Positions 45,721-54,926 of a DNA stretch of 64,000 nucleotides are shown piece by piece. The stretch is from Burkholderiales bacterium (GTDB lineage: Bacteria > Pseudomonadota > Gammaproteobacteria > Burkholderiales > WYBJ01). The DNA is taken from contig JADLAC010000037.1 of NCBI GenBank assembly GCA_020848435.1, positions 108,355 to 172,354 of the forward strand, read 5' to 3'. A program made the position numbers and the translations under genes. Within the stretch, counting starts at the first letter, position 1, and every line of letters begins with the position of its first letter. The notes beneath the pieces are model-generated. The model searched no databases. It was given only the letters and a program-made list of their open reading frames with translations, and was not told the origin of the DNA.

Positions 45721-46875
45721 TCAACCGATCGCACGCAGACCCTCCACGATCCGCACGCGTCCGGCGCGAACCGCCGGTACGATCGCCGCCGCGAGCGCGA
45801 TCGCCAGGGCGCACGCCGCCTGCAATGCTAACGTGAGGTTCGAGACCTCGAAGATCGGGAAGTAAGTCCCGGCGAAATGCTTGAACGCGCTTGCCGCATG
45901 CGGCATGGCGGCGATCGCGAGCCCACCGCCGAGCGCGCATATCGCCGCCGACTCGCCCACGATCAGCAAGGCGATGAATCCCGGCCGGAAGCCCAGCGTC
46001 TTCAAGGTCGCATACTCCGCCGTGCGCTCGCGCGCGCTCATCGCCATGGTGTTGGCCATCACCGCCATGATGATCACGATGACGACGTAGGAGACGATGC
46101 GTATCGCCGCGATGATCTCGTTCGACATGGCGATGAAGCCGAGCTGGAACGCCTGCTCGGTCTCGGTCAGGGTCTCCGCGAGCGAATTGCGAAAAGTCGC
46201 ATCGATCGCCCGCGCGATGCTTGGCGCGCTGTCGGCATGCTCGATACCGACGATGTAGATCCCGACCTGGTCGGCGCGCTGCCTGGCGCTTTTGCGCAAG
46301 GTCTCGTTCAGATAGTCCCAGTGGAACATCATCTGGCGGGTGATCTTGCCCGCATCGGAGCCCTCGAAAATCCCGCGCACGACGAATTCCCAGGTGCCCG
46401 GAAAGATCGTGCCCCGCAGCGGCAGCACGTCGCCCACCTTGAAACCGTACAAATCGGCGAGCTGCCGGCCCACCAGGCAGCCCTTGCGATCGCGCAACCA
46501 CGCCTGGCGCTCGGCATCGGAGAGGACGAACTCGGGATAGAGATCGAGGTAGTTGGGCGTCACGGCGAACTGCGCGAAGAAATTCTTCGGGCTCTGATAG
46601 ACCCCGCCGAACCAGCTCGAGCGCGCGACGCTCGTCACGCCCTGGATGCCGCGGATGCGCGCTTCGTAATTGAGCGGCAGAGGGAAGACGAGGGAAATGG
46701 CATTGCGCGTGATCAAGCGCGCATTGGATGCCGCCTGCGCGCCCGCGTACCAGGCATCTACCACCGTTTGCAGCAAGCCGAAGGCCAGCACCGCCACCAG
46801 CAGGCCGATGACGGTCAGCCCGGTGCGCAGCCTGTGGCGCAGCGCATTGCGCACGATCAGCTTGAGCATGAACAT
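45721..46875 (-). CDS. ABC transporter permease, FtsX/MacB-like (second copy)
   Basis: From MFMLKLIVRNALRHRLRTGLTVIGLLVAV, with an FtsX domain containing ERTAEYATLKTLGFRPG. The start was trimmed from the track ORF (46983) to 46875. Confidence 0.85.
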   Translation of the reverse strand: MFMLKLIVRNALRHRLRTGLTVIGLLVAVLAFGLLQTVVDAWYAGAQAASNARLITRNAISLVFPLPLNYEARIRGIQGVTSVARSSWFGGVYQSPKNFFAQFAVTPNYLDLYPEFVLSDAERQAWLRDRKGCLVGRQLADLYGFKVGDVLPLRGTIFPGTWEFVVRGIFEGSDAGKITRQMMFHWDYLNETLRKSARQRADQVGIYIVGIEHADSAPSIARAIDATFRNSLAETLTETEQAFQLGFIAMSNEIIAAIRIVSYVVIVIIMAVMANTMAMSARERTAEYATLKTLGFRPGFIALLIVGESAAICALGGGLAIAAMPHAASAFKHFAGTYFPIFEVSNLTLALQAACALAIALAAAIVPAVRAGRVRIVEGLRAIG

Positions 46876-46897
46876 CGGGTATTCCGAGCGGGCCGGA

Positions 46898-47602
46898 TCA
46901 GTCGCGGAGCTGAATCGGCTCGGTGCTGAGCTCGCCTTTCTCCAAATGGACCAATCGCCGCGCCGAGCGCGCGGCATGGACATCGTGCGTGACCATCAGG
47001 ATGGTCGTGCCGAGCTCGTCGTTCAAGCGCCGCAACAAGGCCAGCACCTCGCTCGCCGAAACCCGATCGAGGTCGCCCGTGGGTTCGTCGGCAACGAGCA
47101 ACGCCGGGTCGGTGACCACGGCGCGGGCGATGGCGACGCGCTGCTGCTGCCCGCCCGAGAGCTCCGACGGATAGTGCGCCTTGCGGTCGTCCAGCCCGAC
47201 GATCGCAAGGGTGAGACCGACCCGCTCGCGGCGCTGCGCGCGCGACAAGCGGGTCAGCAGCAGCGGCAGCTCCACGTTCTCGAACGCGGTCAACACGGGC
47301 ATCAGGTTGTAGAACTGGAAGACGAAGCCGATGTGGCGTGCGCGCCAGTCGGCCAGCTCGGATTCCGACAGCGCGGTGATGTCGATGCCGCCCACGCGCA
47401 GCTCGCCGCTGTCGGGCTTGTCGATGCCCGCGATCAAGTTGAGCAAGGTGCTCTTGCCCGAGCCCGAAGGGCCCATCAGCGCGGTGAATTCCCCGGCCGC
47501 GACTTCGAGGCTGATATCGTTGAGCACCGGCACGATCTGTCCGCCGCGCCGATACGCCTTGAATAGCCGGCGGATGATGATGAAGGGCTCAGCTTCGTCC
47601 AT
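46898..47602 (-). CDS. ABC transporter ATP-binding protein (MacB/LolD-like)
   Basis: Walker A GPSGSGKST, signature LSGGQQQRVAIARA, and Walker B LLVADEPTGDLD. Confidence 0.9.
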   Translation of the reverse strand: MDEAEPFIIIRRLFKAYRRGGQIVPVLNDISLEVAAGEFTALMGPSGSGKSTLLNLIAGIDKPDSGELRVGGIDITALSESELADWRARHIGFVFQFYNLMPVLTAFENVELPLLLTRLSRAQRRERVGLTLAIVGLDDRKAHYPSELSGGQQQRVAIARAVVTDPALLVADEPTGDLDRVSASEVLALLRRLNDELGTTILMVTHDVHAARSARRLVHLEKGELSTEPIQLRD

Positions 47603-47629
47603 GCCGAGAGTCGCTCGGTGCGAGGCGGA

Positions 47630-48847
47630 TCAGCTCTTCGGCGCCGCAACGGCCACGCGCGCGCCATCGTGCAGTTGCGGCGTCGGAGCCGCGACCACCT
47701 TGTCCCCAGGCGTCACGCCCTTGATCACTTCGACCAGCTCGCCGAGCTTCTCGCCCAGCTCGACCGGCGTCTCGACCACGCGATCGCCGCGCAAGACGAA
47801 GACGACGCGCGTGCCGCGGCGCTCGACCACCGCGCTGGGCTGGATCACGGTGCGCGGCGTGCGCAGCTCGGCCGCAAGCGCCTTGGACAGGAACGCGACC
47901 TTGGCGCTCATCTCGGGCAGCACGCGCGGGTCCTTGTCGACGAAACGCACCTTCACCGTCACCGTCGCCTTCGCCCGGTCGACCGTCGGCACCATGCGTG
48001 CGACGACGCCGCGAAAGCGCATGTCGGGCAGCGCATCGAGCTGCATCTCGCACGGCTGATCGAGCGCAACCTTGCCCACGCTCGCTTCGGATACGTCCGC
48101 TTCCACTTCCAGGGTCGACATGTCGGCCATGGTGACCACCGCGGCCTGCGAGCCTGTCGCCGAAGAGAACGGCGTGATGACATCGCCCACGTTGGCGTTC
48201 TTGGTGAGCACCACGCCGTCGAACGGCGCGCGGATCAAAGTCTGCTCGACATCGACTTGCGCGGCGCGCAGGTTGGCCTGCGCGACCGCGATTGCTGCGC
48301 GTTGTCCGCTGATCGCCGCGCGCGCCTTGTCCAGGCGGGCGATGGCGCTATCGTGGGCGGCCTGCGACACGAACTTGCGCTCGAGCAGCTCGCCAGAGCG
48401 CTGGAATGCGCGCTCGGCCTCCTGCGATTCGGCCTGTGCCTGCTCCAGGTTCGCCTGTGCGAGGGTGACGTTGGCGGCGGCCTGTTCGAGCTTGGCGCTG
48501 ACGTCGCGGTTCTCCAGGCGTGCCAGCACTTCGCCCTGCTTGACGCTGCTGCCCTCGCGCACGCCTAGCCATTCCAGGCGGCCCGTCGCCTTCGAGGCGA
48601 CCGCGGCCTTACGCTGCGCTACGACATAGCCGGTCGCGTTGAGCAAAGTGTACGCCTGCGAAGGATAGGCGGTCCCGACGCTATGCAGCTCGACCGCGAG
48701 CGGCGCGGTGGAGCGCCAATAGATGAAACCCGCGATGGCAACGAGCAGCGCGAGCGCCCACGAGAGCATGCGCCAGCCGGGTCGACCCGGGCGTGGCGTT
48801 GCTGAGCCGCGCTCGATGCGCAGCTTGGAAAGATCGGGCTCGGTCAT
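47630..48847 (-). CDS. efflux periplasmic adaptor (HlyD/membrane fusion protein family)
   Basis: 405 aa from MTEPDLSKLRIERG, with one TM anchor, a coiled-coil hairpin (AKLEQAAANVTLAQANLEQAQAE...) and beta-barrel motifs (IRAPFDGVV). Confidence 0.85.
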   Translation of the reverse strand: MTEPDLSKLRIERGSATPRPGRPGWRMLSWALALLVAIAGFIYWRSTAPLAVELHSVGTAYPSQAYTLLNATGYVVAQRKAAVASKATGRLEWLGVREGSSVKQGEVLARLENRDVSAKLEQAAANVTLAQANLEQAQAESQEAERAFQRSGELLERKFVSQAAHDSAIARLDKARAAISGQRAAIAVAQANLRAAQVDVEQTLIRAPFDGVVLTKNANVGDVITPFSSATGSQAAVVTMADMSTLEVEADVSEASVGKVALDQPCEMQLDALPDMRFRGVVARMVPTVDRAKATVTVKVRFVDKDPRVLPEMSAKVAFLSKALAAELRTPRTVIQPSAVVERRGTRVVFVLRGDRVVETPVELGEKLGELVEVIKGVTPGDKVVAAPTPQLHDGARVAVAAPKS

Positions 48848-49089
48848 GGATCGAGCGCGAGAAGCGCCGACAAACGCCGTATCGGGGCGCGCGCGAAGAG
48901 GTTCAATCGCAGCGATTCTAACCCACCACAACCGTGAACCCCCCGCGGTGCCGTCGCGATTGACGCCGGCGGGCCGGAGCCGCGACACTTGGCGCGTGCG
49001 CTCGAGGCGACCGAGCCGCTTCGGCGTGTCCCGAGCCCTGGTGCCGCACACGGCGCGGGGAAACCGGCAATTCGAGCGAGGAGGAGAAA

Positions 49090-50055
49090 ATGAAGCGCTT
49101 CGCGGCATTCGCGGGCGTCATGATGATGGCCGCAACCATGGCGCCGGCATACGGCCAATCGTTCGGCGCCAAACCGATCCGCTTCGTGGTCGGCTTTCCG
49201 CCCGGCGGTCCGACCGACTTCACGGCCCGCCTGCTGGCCGAAAAGATGCCCGGCCTGCTCGGCACCAACGCGATCGTAGAGAATCGCGCCGGGGCGAACG
49301 CCACCATCGCCGCCGACTTCGTGGCCAAGGCGGCTCCCGACGGGCACACGCTGTATTTCACGACCTGCGGGGCGGTGGCCATCAGCCCGCACATCGGCCC
49401 GAAGCTGTCCTACGACCCGCTGCGCGATTTCGCGCCCGTCACGCAGGTGGTGGCGGCGAATAGCACCATCGCGGTCCATCCGTCGCTGCCGGTGAAGGAC
49501 GCGAAGCAGTTCGTGCAACTCGCGCGCGCACGCAAGGGCCAGGTCACCCTGGCGACCAGCGGTGTCGGCAGCATCCCCCACCTGGCGCTCGAGCTGCTGA
49601 AAGCCGCCGCCGGCATCGATCTCGTGCACGTCCCGTACAAGGGGGCGGCGCCGTCGGTGACCGACGCGATGGGCGGGCAGGTGAGCGCCATCATCCTCGA
49701 CGTGACGCCGCTGCTGCCGCATCTGCGTGCCGGCAAGCTGCGGGCGATCGGCATCGCCGGCGAAAAGCGCGTCCAGGTGCTGCCCGAGGTCGCGACCATG
49801 GCCGAGCAAGGATTCGCCAACGTGGAAGCGAATAATTGGTACGCCTTGCTGGCACCGGCCAAGACGCCGCGCGAGATCGTCGAACGGCTCAACGGCGCCG
49901 TGCGCAAGGCGCTCGCTATGCCGGAGGTGCGCGAGCGGCTGATAGAAACCGGCGCGGAGCCCGTGTCCGGTGCGCCCGAGCAACTGGCCCAGTTGCTGAA
50001 GCGCGACTACGACAAGTGGGGCAAGCTGATCCGCGAGAAGAACATCACCGAGTGA
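49090..50055 (+). CDS. Bug/TctC-family substrate-binding protein
   Basis: GAGGAGGAGAA ribosome-binding site. MKRFAAFAGVMMMAATMAPAYGQSFGAKPIRFVVGFPPGGPTD, PDGHTLYF and HVPYKGAAPS. Confidence 0.9.
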   Translation: MKRFAAFAGVMMMAATMAPAYGQSFGAKPIRFVVGFPPGGPTDFTARLLAEKMPGLLGTNAIVENRAGANATIAADFVAKAAPDGHTLYFTTCGAVAISPHIGPKLSYDPLRDFAPVTQVVAANSTIAVHPSLPVKDAKQFVQLARARKGQVTLATSGVGSIPHLALELLKAAAGIDLVHVPYKGAAPSVTDAMGGQVSAIILDVTPLLPHLRAGKLRAIGIAGEKRVQVLPEVATMAEQGFANVEANNWYALLAPAKTPREIVERLNGAVRKALAMPEVRERLIETGAEPVSGAPEQLAQLLKRDYDKWGKLIREKNITE

Positions 50056-50130
50056 CCCCCGAGGCCGGGCTTAACCCGATCGGCATAGCTTTGCGTTTAT
50101 GCGCAGGTCCCTCAACCAGCGGAGCTTCGT

Positions 50131-50949
50131 ATGAAACGCCTACTGCTCGCCGTGCTCGCGGCGGTCGCGACCTTCGTGCCACCGGCGCTCGCCGGTACGC
50201 TTGCCGATCTCCACGTCCTTAGCCGGTCGACCGGGCAGCGCTTGCCGGTGTATGCGCACGGCGGCAAGCTCTACATCGCCGGCCAACCGGGCGAGCGCTA
50301 TTCGGTGCAGGTCGTCAATCGCAGCGGGCGGCGCATTCTCGCCGTGGTCTCGGTCGATGGCATCAACGTCGTCAGTGGCGAGACCGCGGCTCCCGATCAG
50401 ACCGGCTACGTGTTCGCGCCCTGGCAATCCTACGACATCATGGGCTGGCGCAAGAATGCGGACGAGGTGGCGGCCTTCTACTTTACGGCGCTCCCCGACA
50501 GCTATGCCGCACGCACCGGTCGTCCCGCCAATGTCGGGGTGATCGGCGTGGCCGTATTCCGGGAATGGTCGCCACCACGCCCCCGGCCGCATTCCCAGCC
50601 GCGAGGCACGCCGGAAGGCGCAGCGTCCGAGGATCGCGCCGAAGCGCACCGCGCGGAGGCTCCGGCTGCCGCGGACGCGGCTGCGAACGAAATGCGCGCG
50701 CAGGAAAGCGTGCCGGGATCGGCGCGCATGCCGGAGAAGCTCGGTACGGGCCATGGCGAGCGGACCCGCTCTGCCGTCACGTTCACGGATTTCCGGCGTG
50801 CGAGCGAGCAGCCGAACGAGGTGATCACGCTCTACTACGATCGCTACGAAAACCTGCTGGCGCGCGGCATCATACCCGCCACGGCGCCGCACCACGCCCA
50901 CCCGGTGCCATTTCCTCGCGCCGTGGGATTTGTGCCGGATCCGCGGTGA
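50131..50949 (+). CDS. secreted conserved hypothetical protein
   Basis: Sec signal MKRLLLAVLAAVATFVPPALAG. A compact N-terminal domain (to about ...IGVAVFRE), a Pro/Ala/Glu-rich linker, and a C-terminal region GTGHGERTRSAVTFTDFRRA...ITLYYDRYENL. I cannot name a family. Confidence 0.6.
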   Translation: MKRLLLAVLAAVATFVPPALAGTLADLHVLSRSTGQRLPVYAHGGKLYIAGQPGERYSVQVVNRSGRRILAVVSVDGINVVSGETAAPDQTGYVFAPWQSYDIMGWRKNADEVAAFYFTALPDSYAARTGRPANVGVIGVAVFREWSPPRPRPHSQPRGTPEGAASEDRAEAHRAEAPAAADAAANEMRAQESVPGSARMPEKLGTGHGERTRSAVTFTDFRRASEQPNEVITLYYDRYENLLARGIIPATAPHHAHPVPFPRAVGFVPDPR

Positions 50950-50960
50950 TATCCGTGGAT

Positions 50961-51091
50961 GTCGTGCATGTTGCAGCGTGGGATTTTGTGCGGCCAGCGT
51001 ATGGCCGCTTGCAAGGTGCGAGACCTGACCGCGGGGCGCCTGAGACCTGACCCCGGGCGCCGCGTGCAACGTGCACGACCTGACCGCGTCG
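50961..51091. repeat. dispersed intergenic repeat family, locus 2
   Basis: Three GACCTGACC cores at 51016-51036, 51039-51057 and 51064-51088. The last, gtgcaacgtgcacgacctgaccgcg, is near-identical to the locus 1 unit. An inverted-like copy gtcgtgcatgttgcag lies at 50961-50976. Confidence 0.6.
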
Positions 51092-51102
51092 TCCGAGACG
51101 GG

Positions 51103-52494
51103 CTAGGCGACCGCGGATTCGACCTGGGCGCAGGCCAGCAGATCGATGAGCTCACGCGCGCTGTGGCGCTCGATATCGAGTGCCACGGCGGCGATGCGCT
51201 CGGTCGGCAGTAGCGGATTGATGCCCCGGAACTTCTCCGTGATGCCGGCGGCGTCGATCGGCCGCGCGCTGGAGCCGCTGGGGTCGAGCACGTCGACACG
51301 CATCCAGTCGGTGCCGTTCTTGGCCGCGACCCAGCCGGCGAAGTGCGCCGGATAGAGCTTGTCCAGCTCGGCATCGCCGACCAGCTCGAGCGCGGCCGCG
51401 AGCGCACCCAAGCGCGGATCGCGCATCTTGTCGGCACTGAATTGCTGCGGCAATACCTGGCCCTCCGCGAGCGCCGCGGCGATGCAATAGCGCAAGCTCA
51501 TCTGCGCGTTCAGCGCCGTGCTCGGGACGTAGTCGAAGCCGCACTGCACGTCGACGACCTTGCTCATGCCCACGCGCACCGGCCGGGCCGGATCCCAGGC
51601 GCCACCCAGTCGGCGCCGCAGCTCGAGCGCGGCATCGATGTACGCATGCGTGCTGCCGCAGCAGGAATAGGGCTTCACCGCGGTCGTCTCGAGATGAAAG
51701 TGGGTACCCAGGTCTCGGGTGAGGCGGGTGGGATCGGAGGCATCCGAATGCGCCTTGAGAAACCCGCCGTCGTGGAACTCGTAGACTTGGGTCGGACCCG
51801 TGAAGCCGGCAGCGGCAAGCTCGGCCGCGAGCACGCCGGCGTGCGCGGCCTTGCCGGCATGCAGTCGCTTGCTCATCGCGCCGTCGGCATTGAACGCCCA
51901 CAGCCCGGCGCCTTGGGTGCCGGCGAGACCGAGCGCCCAAGCGGTGCGCTCGGGATCGAGACCGAGCAAGACGGCGGCTGCCGCCGCCGCACCGAAGGGT
52001 CCGCATACCCCCGTCAAGTGCCAGCCCCGCAGGCGCGCGGCCGAGGGCTCGAGCGCGAGGCTGGACCGGATCATCACTTCGTAGCCCGCGCCGATCGCCA
52101 CGGCCATGCGCTCGCCGCTCGCCCCGGTCTGCTCGGCGATGGCGAGGGCCGCGGGAATCACCACCGCCCCCGGATGAATCTTGGAATTGTGATAGTCGTC
52201 GAGCTCGAATGCGTGCGCCGCGGTGCCGTTCACCAGCGCGGCATCGGCGGCGCGCAGTCCGGGCCGTCCGAGCGCCCAAGCCCGTGACTTGCCCCGGCCG
52301 CCGCCCGCCAGTGCCCAATCGAGCAGCGTTCGCGTCCACGGCGTCTCGAAGCCAAAAACCCCGCAGCCCAGCGTATCCAGCAGCGCCAGCCGAATCACTT
52401 CGCGGGTGCGTCGCGGCAGATCGTTGTAGGCAAGAGTCGAGACCCACTGCGCGAGCGCCAGCGTCGGTCCGAGTTCCTTGTTGTCGAGCGGCAT
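51103..52494 (-). CDS. MmgE/PrpD family protein
   Basis: 463 aa from MPLDNKELGPTLALAQWVSTLAYNDLP, with TAAHAFELDDYH and KPYSCCGSTH blocks typical of the family. Confidence 0.85.
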   Translation of the reverse strand: MPLDNKELGPTLALAQWVSTLAYNDLPRRTREVIRLALLDTLGCGVFGFETPWTRTLLDWALAGGGRGKSRAWALGRPGLRAADAALVNGTAAHAFELDDYHNSKIHPGAVVIPAALAIAEQTGASGERMAVAIGAGYEVMIRSSLALEPSAARLRGWHLTGVCGPFGAAAAAAVLLGLDPERTAWALGLAGTQGAGLWAFNADGAMSKRLHAGKAAHAGVLAAELAAAGFTGPTQVYEFHDGGFLKAHSDASDPTRLTRDLGTHFHLETTAVKPYSCCGSTHAYIDAALELRRRLGGAWDPARPVRVGMSKVVDVQCGFDYVPSTALNAQMSLRYCIAAALAEGQVLPQQFSADKMRDPRLGALAAALELVGDAELDKLYPAHFAGWVAAKNGTDWMRVDVLDPSGSSARPIDAAGITEKFRGINPLLPTERIAAVALDIERHSARELIDLLACAQVESAVA

Positions 52495-52909
52495 GAAGCT
52501 TCCTTCCGATGTGTGACGGGCTATCTTACGGCAAACGGCGCGCAGCCTCGAACACACGCGACCTCGTTCTGCCCGATTCGTAGCGGTGTGCTCTTCGCTC
52601 GATCGCGCGCTGCGTACGCCCGCTGCCGCGCAGGACGTTCCGGTGGCGCCCCCCCCCCGTGCCGCGTGCACCTCGCAAGGTGCCTTCCGGGGTATTTCCG
52701 TACGGCAGTACCCCAGGCGACGGTGCTTGCCGCCGCGCTTGTCCACGGCATCCGTCGCAATTCGTTTGAATTGCGACGCCGCGGTGCTCCATAATGTGGA
52801 CCCTGCGGCCTACAGGCGGGACGAATCGCCACGCAAGAGGAATCGCGCATGGCTGCAAAGGCCGGCCCGGCCGTGGAATCGATCGAGCCACCGCGCGAAG
52901 GAGGAGACG

Positions 52910-53863
52910 ATGCCCACGCTACGCCGGCTCATGCTTGCGCTCGTCGCGTGGAGCGCGATCGCCGCGGCGCAGGACTATCCCGTCAAGCCGGTACGGCTGC
53001 TGGTACCGTATCCCGCCGGCGGACCGGTCGATGCCATCGCGCGCATCCTCGTACCCCAGCTCGGTCTCGGCCACAACGTCATCGTCGAAAACCGTTCCGG
53101 CGCGGGCGGGAGCCTCGGCGCGGAAGTCGTCGCGAAGGCGGCGCCCGACGGCTATACGCTGCTGATCGGCAATTCCGGGCCCGTCACCATCAATCCGGTG
53201 TTGCAGCCCAAGCTGGGCTATGACCCGCGCAAGGATCTCGCGCCGGTCACGTGGCTTACCGCGGCGCAATTGGTCCTCATCGTCCATCCGTCGCTTCCGG
53301 TGCGCTCGGTGCCGGAGCTGGTGGCGCTCGCGCGCACGCATCCCGGTGCGCTCAACTACGGCTCCGCCGGCGTGGGCAACACCACCCATCTCGGCATGGA
53401 GCTGCTGCAATCCATGGCCAAGGTGACGCTGGTGCACGTGCCGTACAAGGGTGTCGCGCCGGCCTTCGTCGATCTCATGTCGGGACAGCTCGCGACCATG
53501 TTCGGCAACGTGAGCGGGCCGCTCGCACATATCCGCGCGGGCCGCTTGCGCGCGATCGCGGTGACCGGGCCGAAACCCTCGCCCGTACTGCCCGGGGTGC
53601 CGCGCATCGCGCAGGACTATCCCGGCTTCGAACTCGTCACGTGGATGGGGATCTTCGTCCCCGGCGGCACGCCGGACGCCATACGCGCCAAGCTGCAAGC
53701 CGAGTTCATCCGGGTGCTGCGCACGAAGGAGATCAACGATCGGCTGGTCGACCTCGGCAACGAAGTCGTTGCCGGCAACGGCGAGGAGCTCGCGGCCATG
53801 GTCGACCGCGAGCTCAAGCTCTATGCGGGCATCATCAAGACGGCCGGCATTCGTCCGCTGTGA
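52910..53863 (+). CDS. Bug/TctC-family substrate-binding protein
   Basis: GAAGGAGGAGA ribosome-binding site. MPTLRRLMLALVAWSAIAAAQDYPVKPVRLLVPYPAGGPVD, PDGYTLLIG and HVPYKGVAPA. Confidence 0.9.
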   Translation: MPTLRRLMLALVAWSAIAAAQDYPVKPVRLLVPYPAGGPVDAIARILVPQLGLGHNVIVENRSGAGGSLGAEVVAKAAPDGYTLLIGNSGPVTINPVLQPKLGYDPRKDLAPVTWLTAAQLVLIVHPSLPVRSVPELVALARTHPGALNYGSAGVGNTTHLGMELLQSMAKVTLVHVPYKGVAPAFVDLMSGQLATMFGNVSGPLAHIRAGRLRAIAVTGPKPSPVLPGVPRIAQDYPGFELVTWMGIFVPGGTPDAIRAKLQAEFIRVLRTKEINDRLVDLGNEVVAGNGEELAAMVDRELKLYAGIIKTAGIRPL

Positions 53864-54013
53864 GTTTCACCGTGCATTGAGGAGGGGCGCACACCGGAGC
53901 TCATGATGCCGCCCGCACCGACGGGGTGTGCCCGAACGAAGCGCGCAAGGTCCTCGGGATCGTCCGCGGGCAATTCGACGTGCGCCATCACGATCCACCT
54001 CGCGCGCGAGCGC

Positions 54014-54892
54014 TTATGCGCCTGCAACGTCCTTGAATCGGCGCAGCGTCTCGATCTGCTGGTCGCAGCTCGGCATGCGAAACATGGGATAGAGCATGAG
54101 CATGTGCGCGCCCAGCTTGCGCCAGCCCGCGGCCGCCGCCGCCCAACGCCACGGATCCGGATCGTGCATCCGCACCCAGGCTTCGAGGCCGAAGGTCGCC
54201 GCATCGCGCCCGTGACGCGCGAGCTCGGCACGCAGCAGCGCAAGCTTCTGCTCGGCCTGCGCATCGGGCGCCATGATGGGCATCCAGCCGTCGCCCAGCC
54301 GCGCCGCGCGCTTGACCACGGCATCCGAAACGCCGCCCAGCCAGATCGGTATCGGCCGCTGCACCGGCGGGGGTACGATCGTGACCGCACGCAGATCGTG
54401 AAAGCGGCCCTGGTAATCGGTGATATCGCCGCACCACAAGCGCCGCAACACCTCGATCTGCTCGGCTTGGCGCGCGCCGCGCGTGTGCCAGTCTTGCCCC
54501 AGCGCTTCGTACTCGACGCGGTTCCAGCCGACCCCGATGCCGAGCCGGAGCCGGCCCCTGCTCAGCACGTCGACTTCGGCGGCCTGCTTGGCGATGAGCC
54601 CGGTCTGGCGCTGCGGGGCGATGAGCACGCCACTGGAGAGACGGATCGAACGTGTGATCGCGGCGAGAAAGCCCAGCGTTACGAAGGTCTCGTGAAACGC
54701 ATCGTTCTCGTCGTATAGCGGCGTCCAGCCCTGGCGCGCCGCCGCACCGAAGACATGGTCCGGGACTTCGATATAGCCGTAGCCGAGCTCTTCAGCCGCT
54801 TGCGTCCAATCGCGAATCTTGACGGGATCGTTGCCGATGTCGCGGGTCGGAAACATCGCGTTGAGCAGCATGCGATCTCTCGTGGGGGTCAC
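54014..54892 (-). CDS. luciferase-like (LLM class) flavin/F420-dependent oxidoreductase
   Basis: 292 aa. EELGYGYIEVPDHV, RLRLGIGVGWNRVEYEALG and PIPIWLGG blocks are typical of small LLM oxidoreductases. Confidence 0.8.
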   Translation of the reverse strand: MTPTRDRMLLNAMFPTRDIGNDPVKIRDWTQAAEELGYGYIEVPDHVFGAAARQGWTPLYDENDAFHETFVTLGFLAAITRSIRLSSGVLIAPQRQTGLIAKQAAEVDVLSRGRLRLGIGVGWNRVEYEALGQDWHTRGARQAEQIEVLRRLWCGDITDYQGRFHDLRAVTIVPPPVQRPIPIWLGGVSDAVVKRAARLGDGWMPIMAPDAQAEQKLALLRAELARHGRDAATFGLEAWVRMHDPDPWRWAAAAAGWRKLGAHMLMLYPMFRMPSCDQQIETLRRFKDVAGA

Positions 54893-54926
54893 ACACTCGA
54901 TCAGCGCTCGAGCTGCGCAAGTTGGG

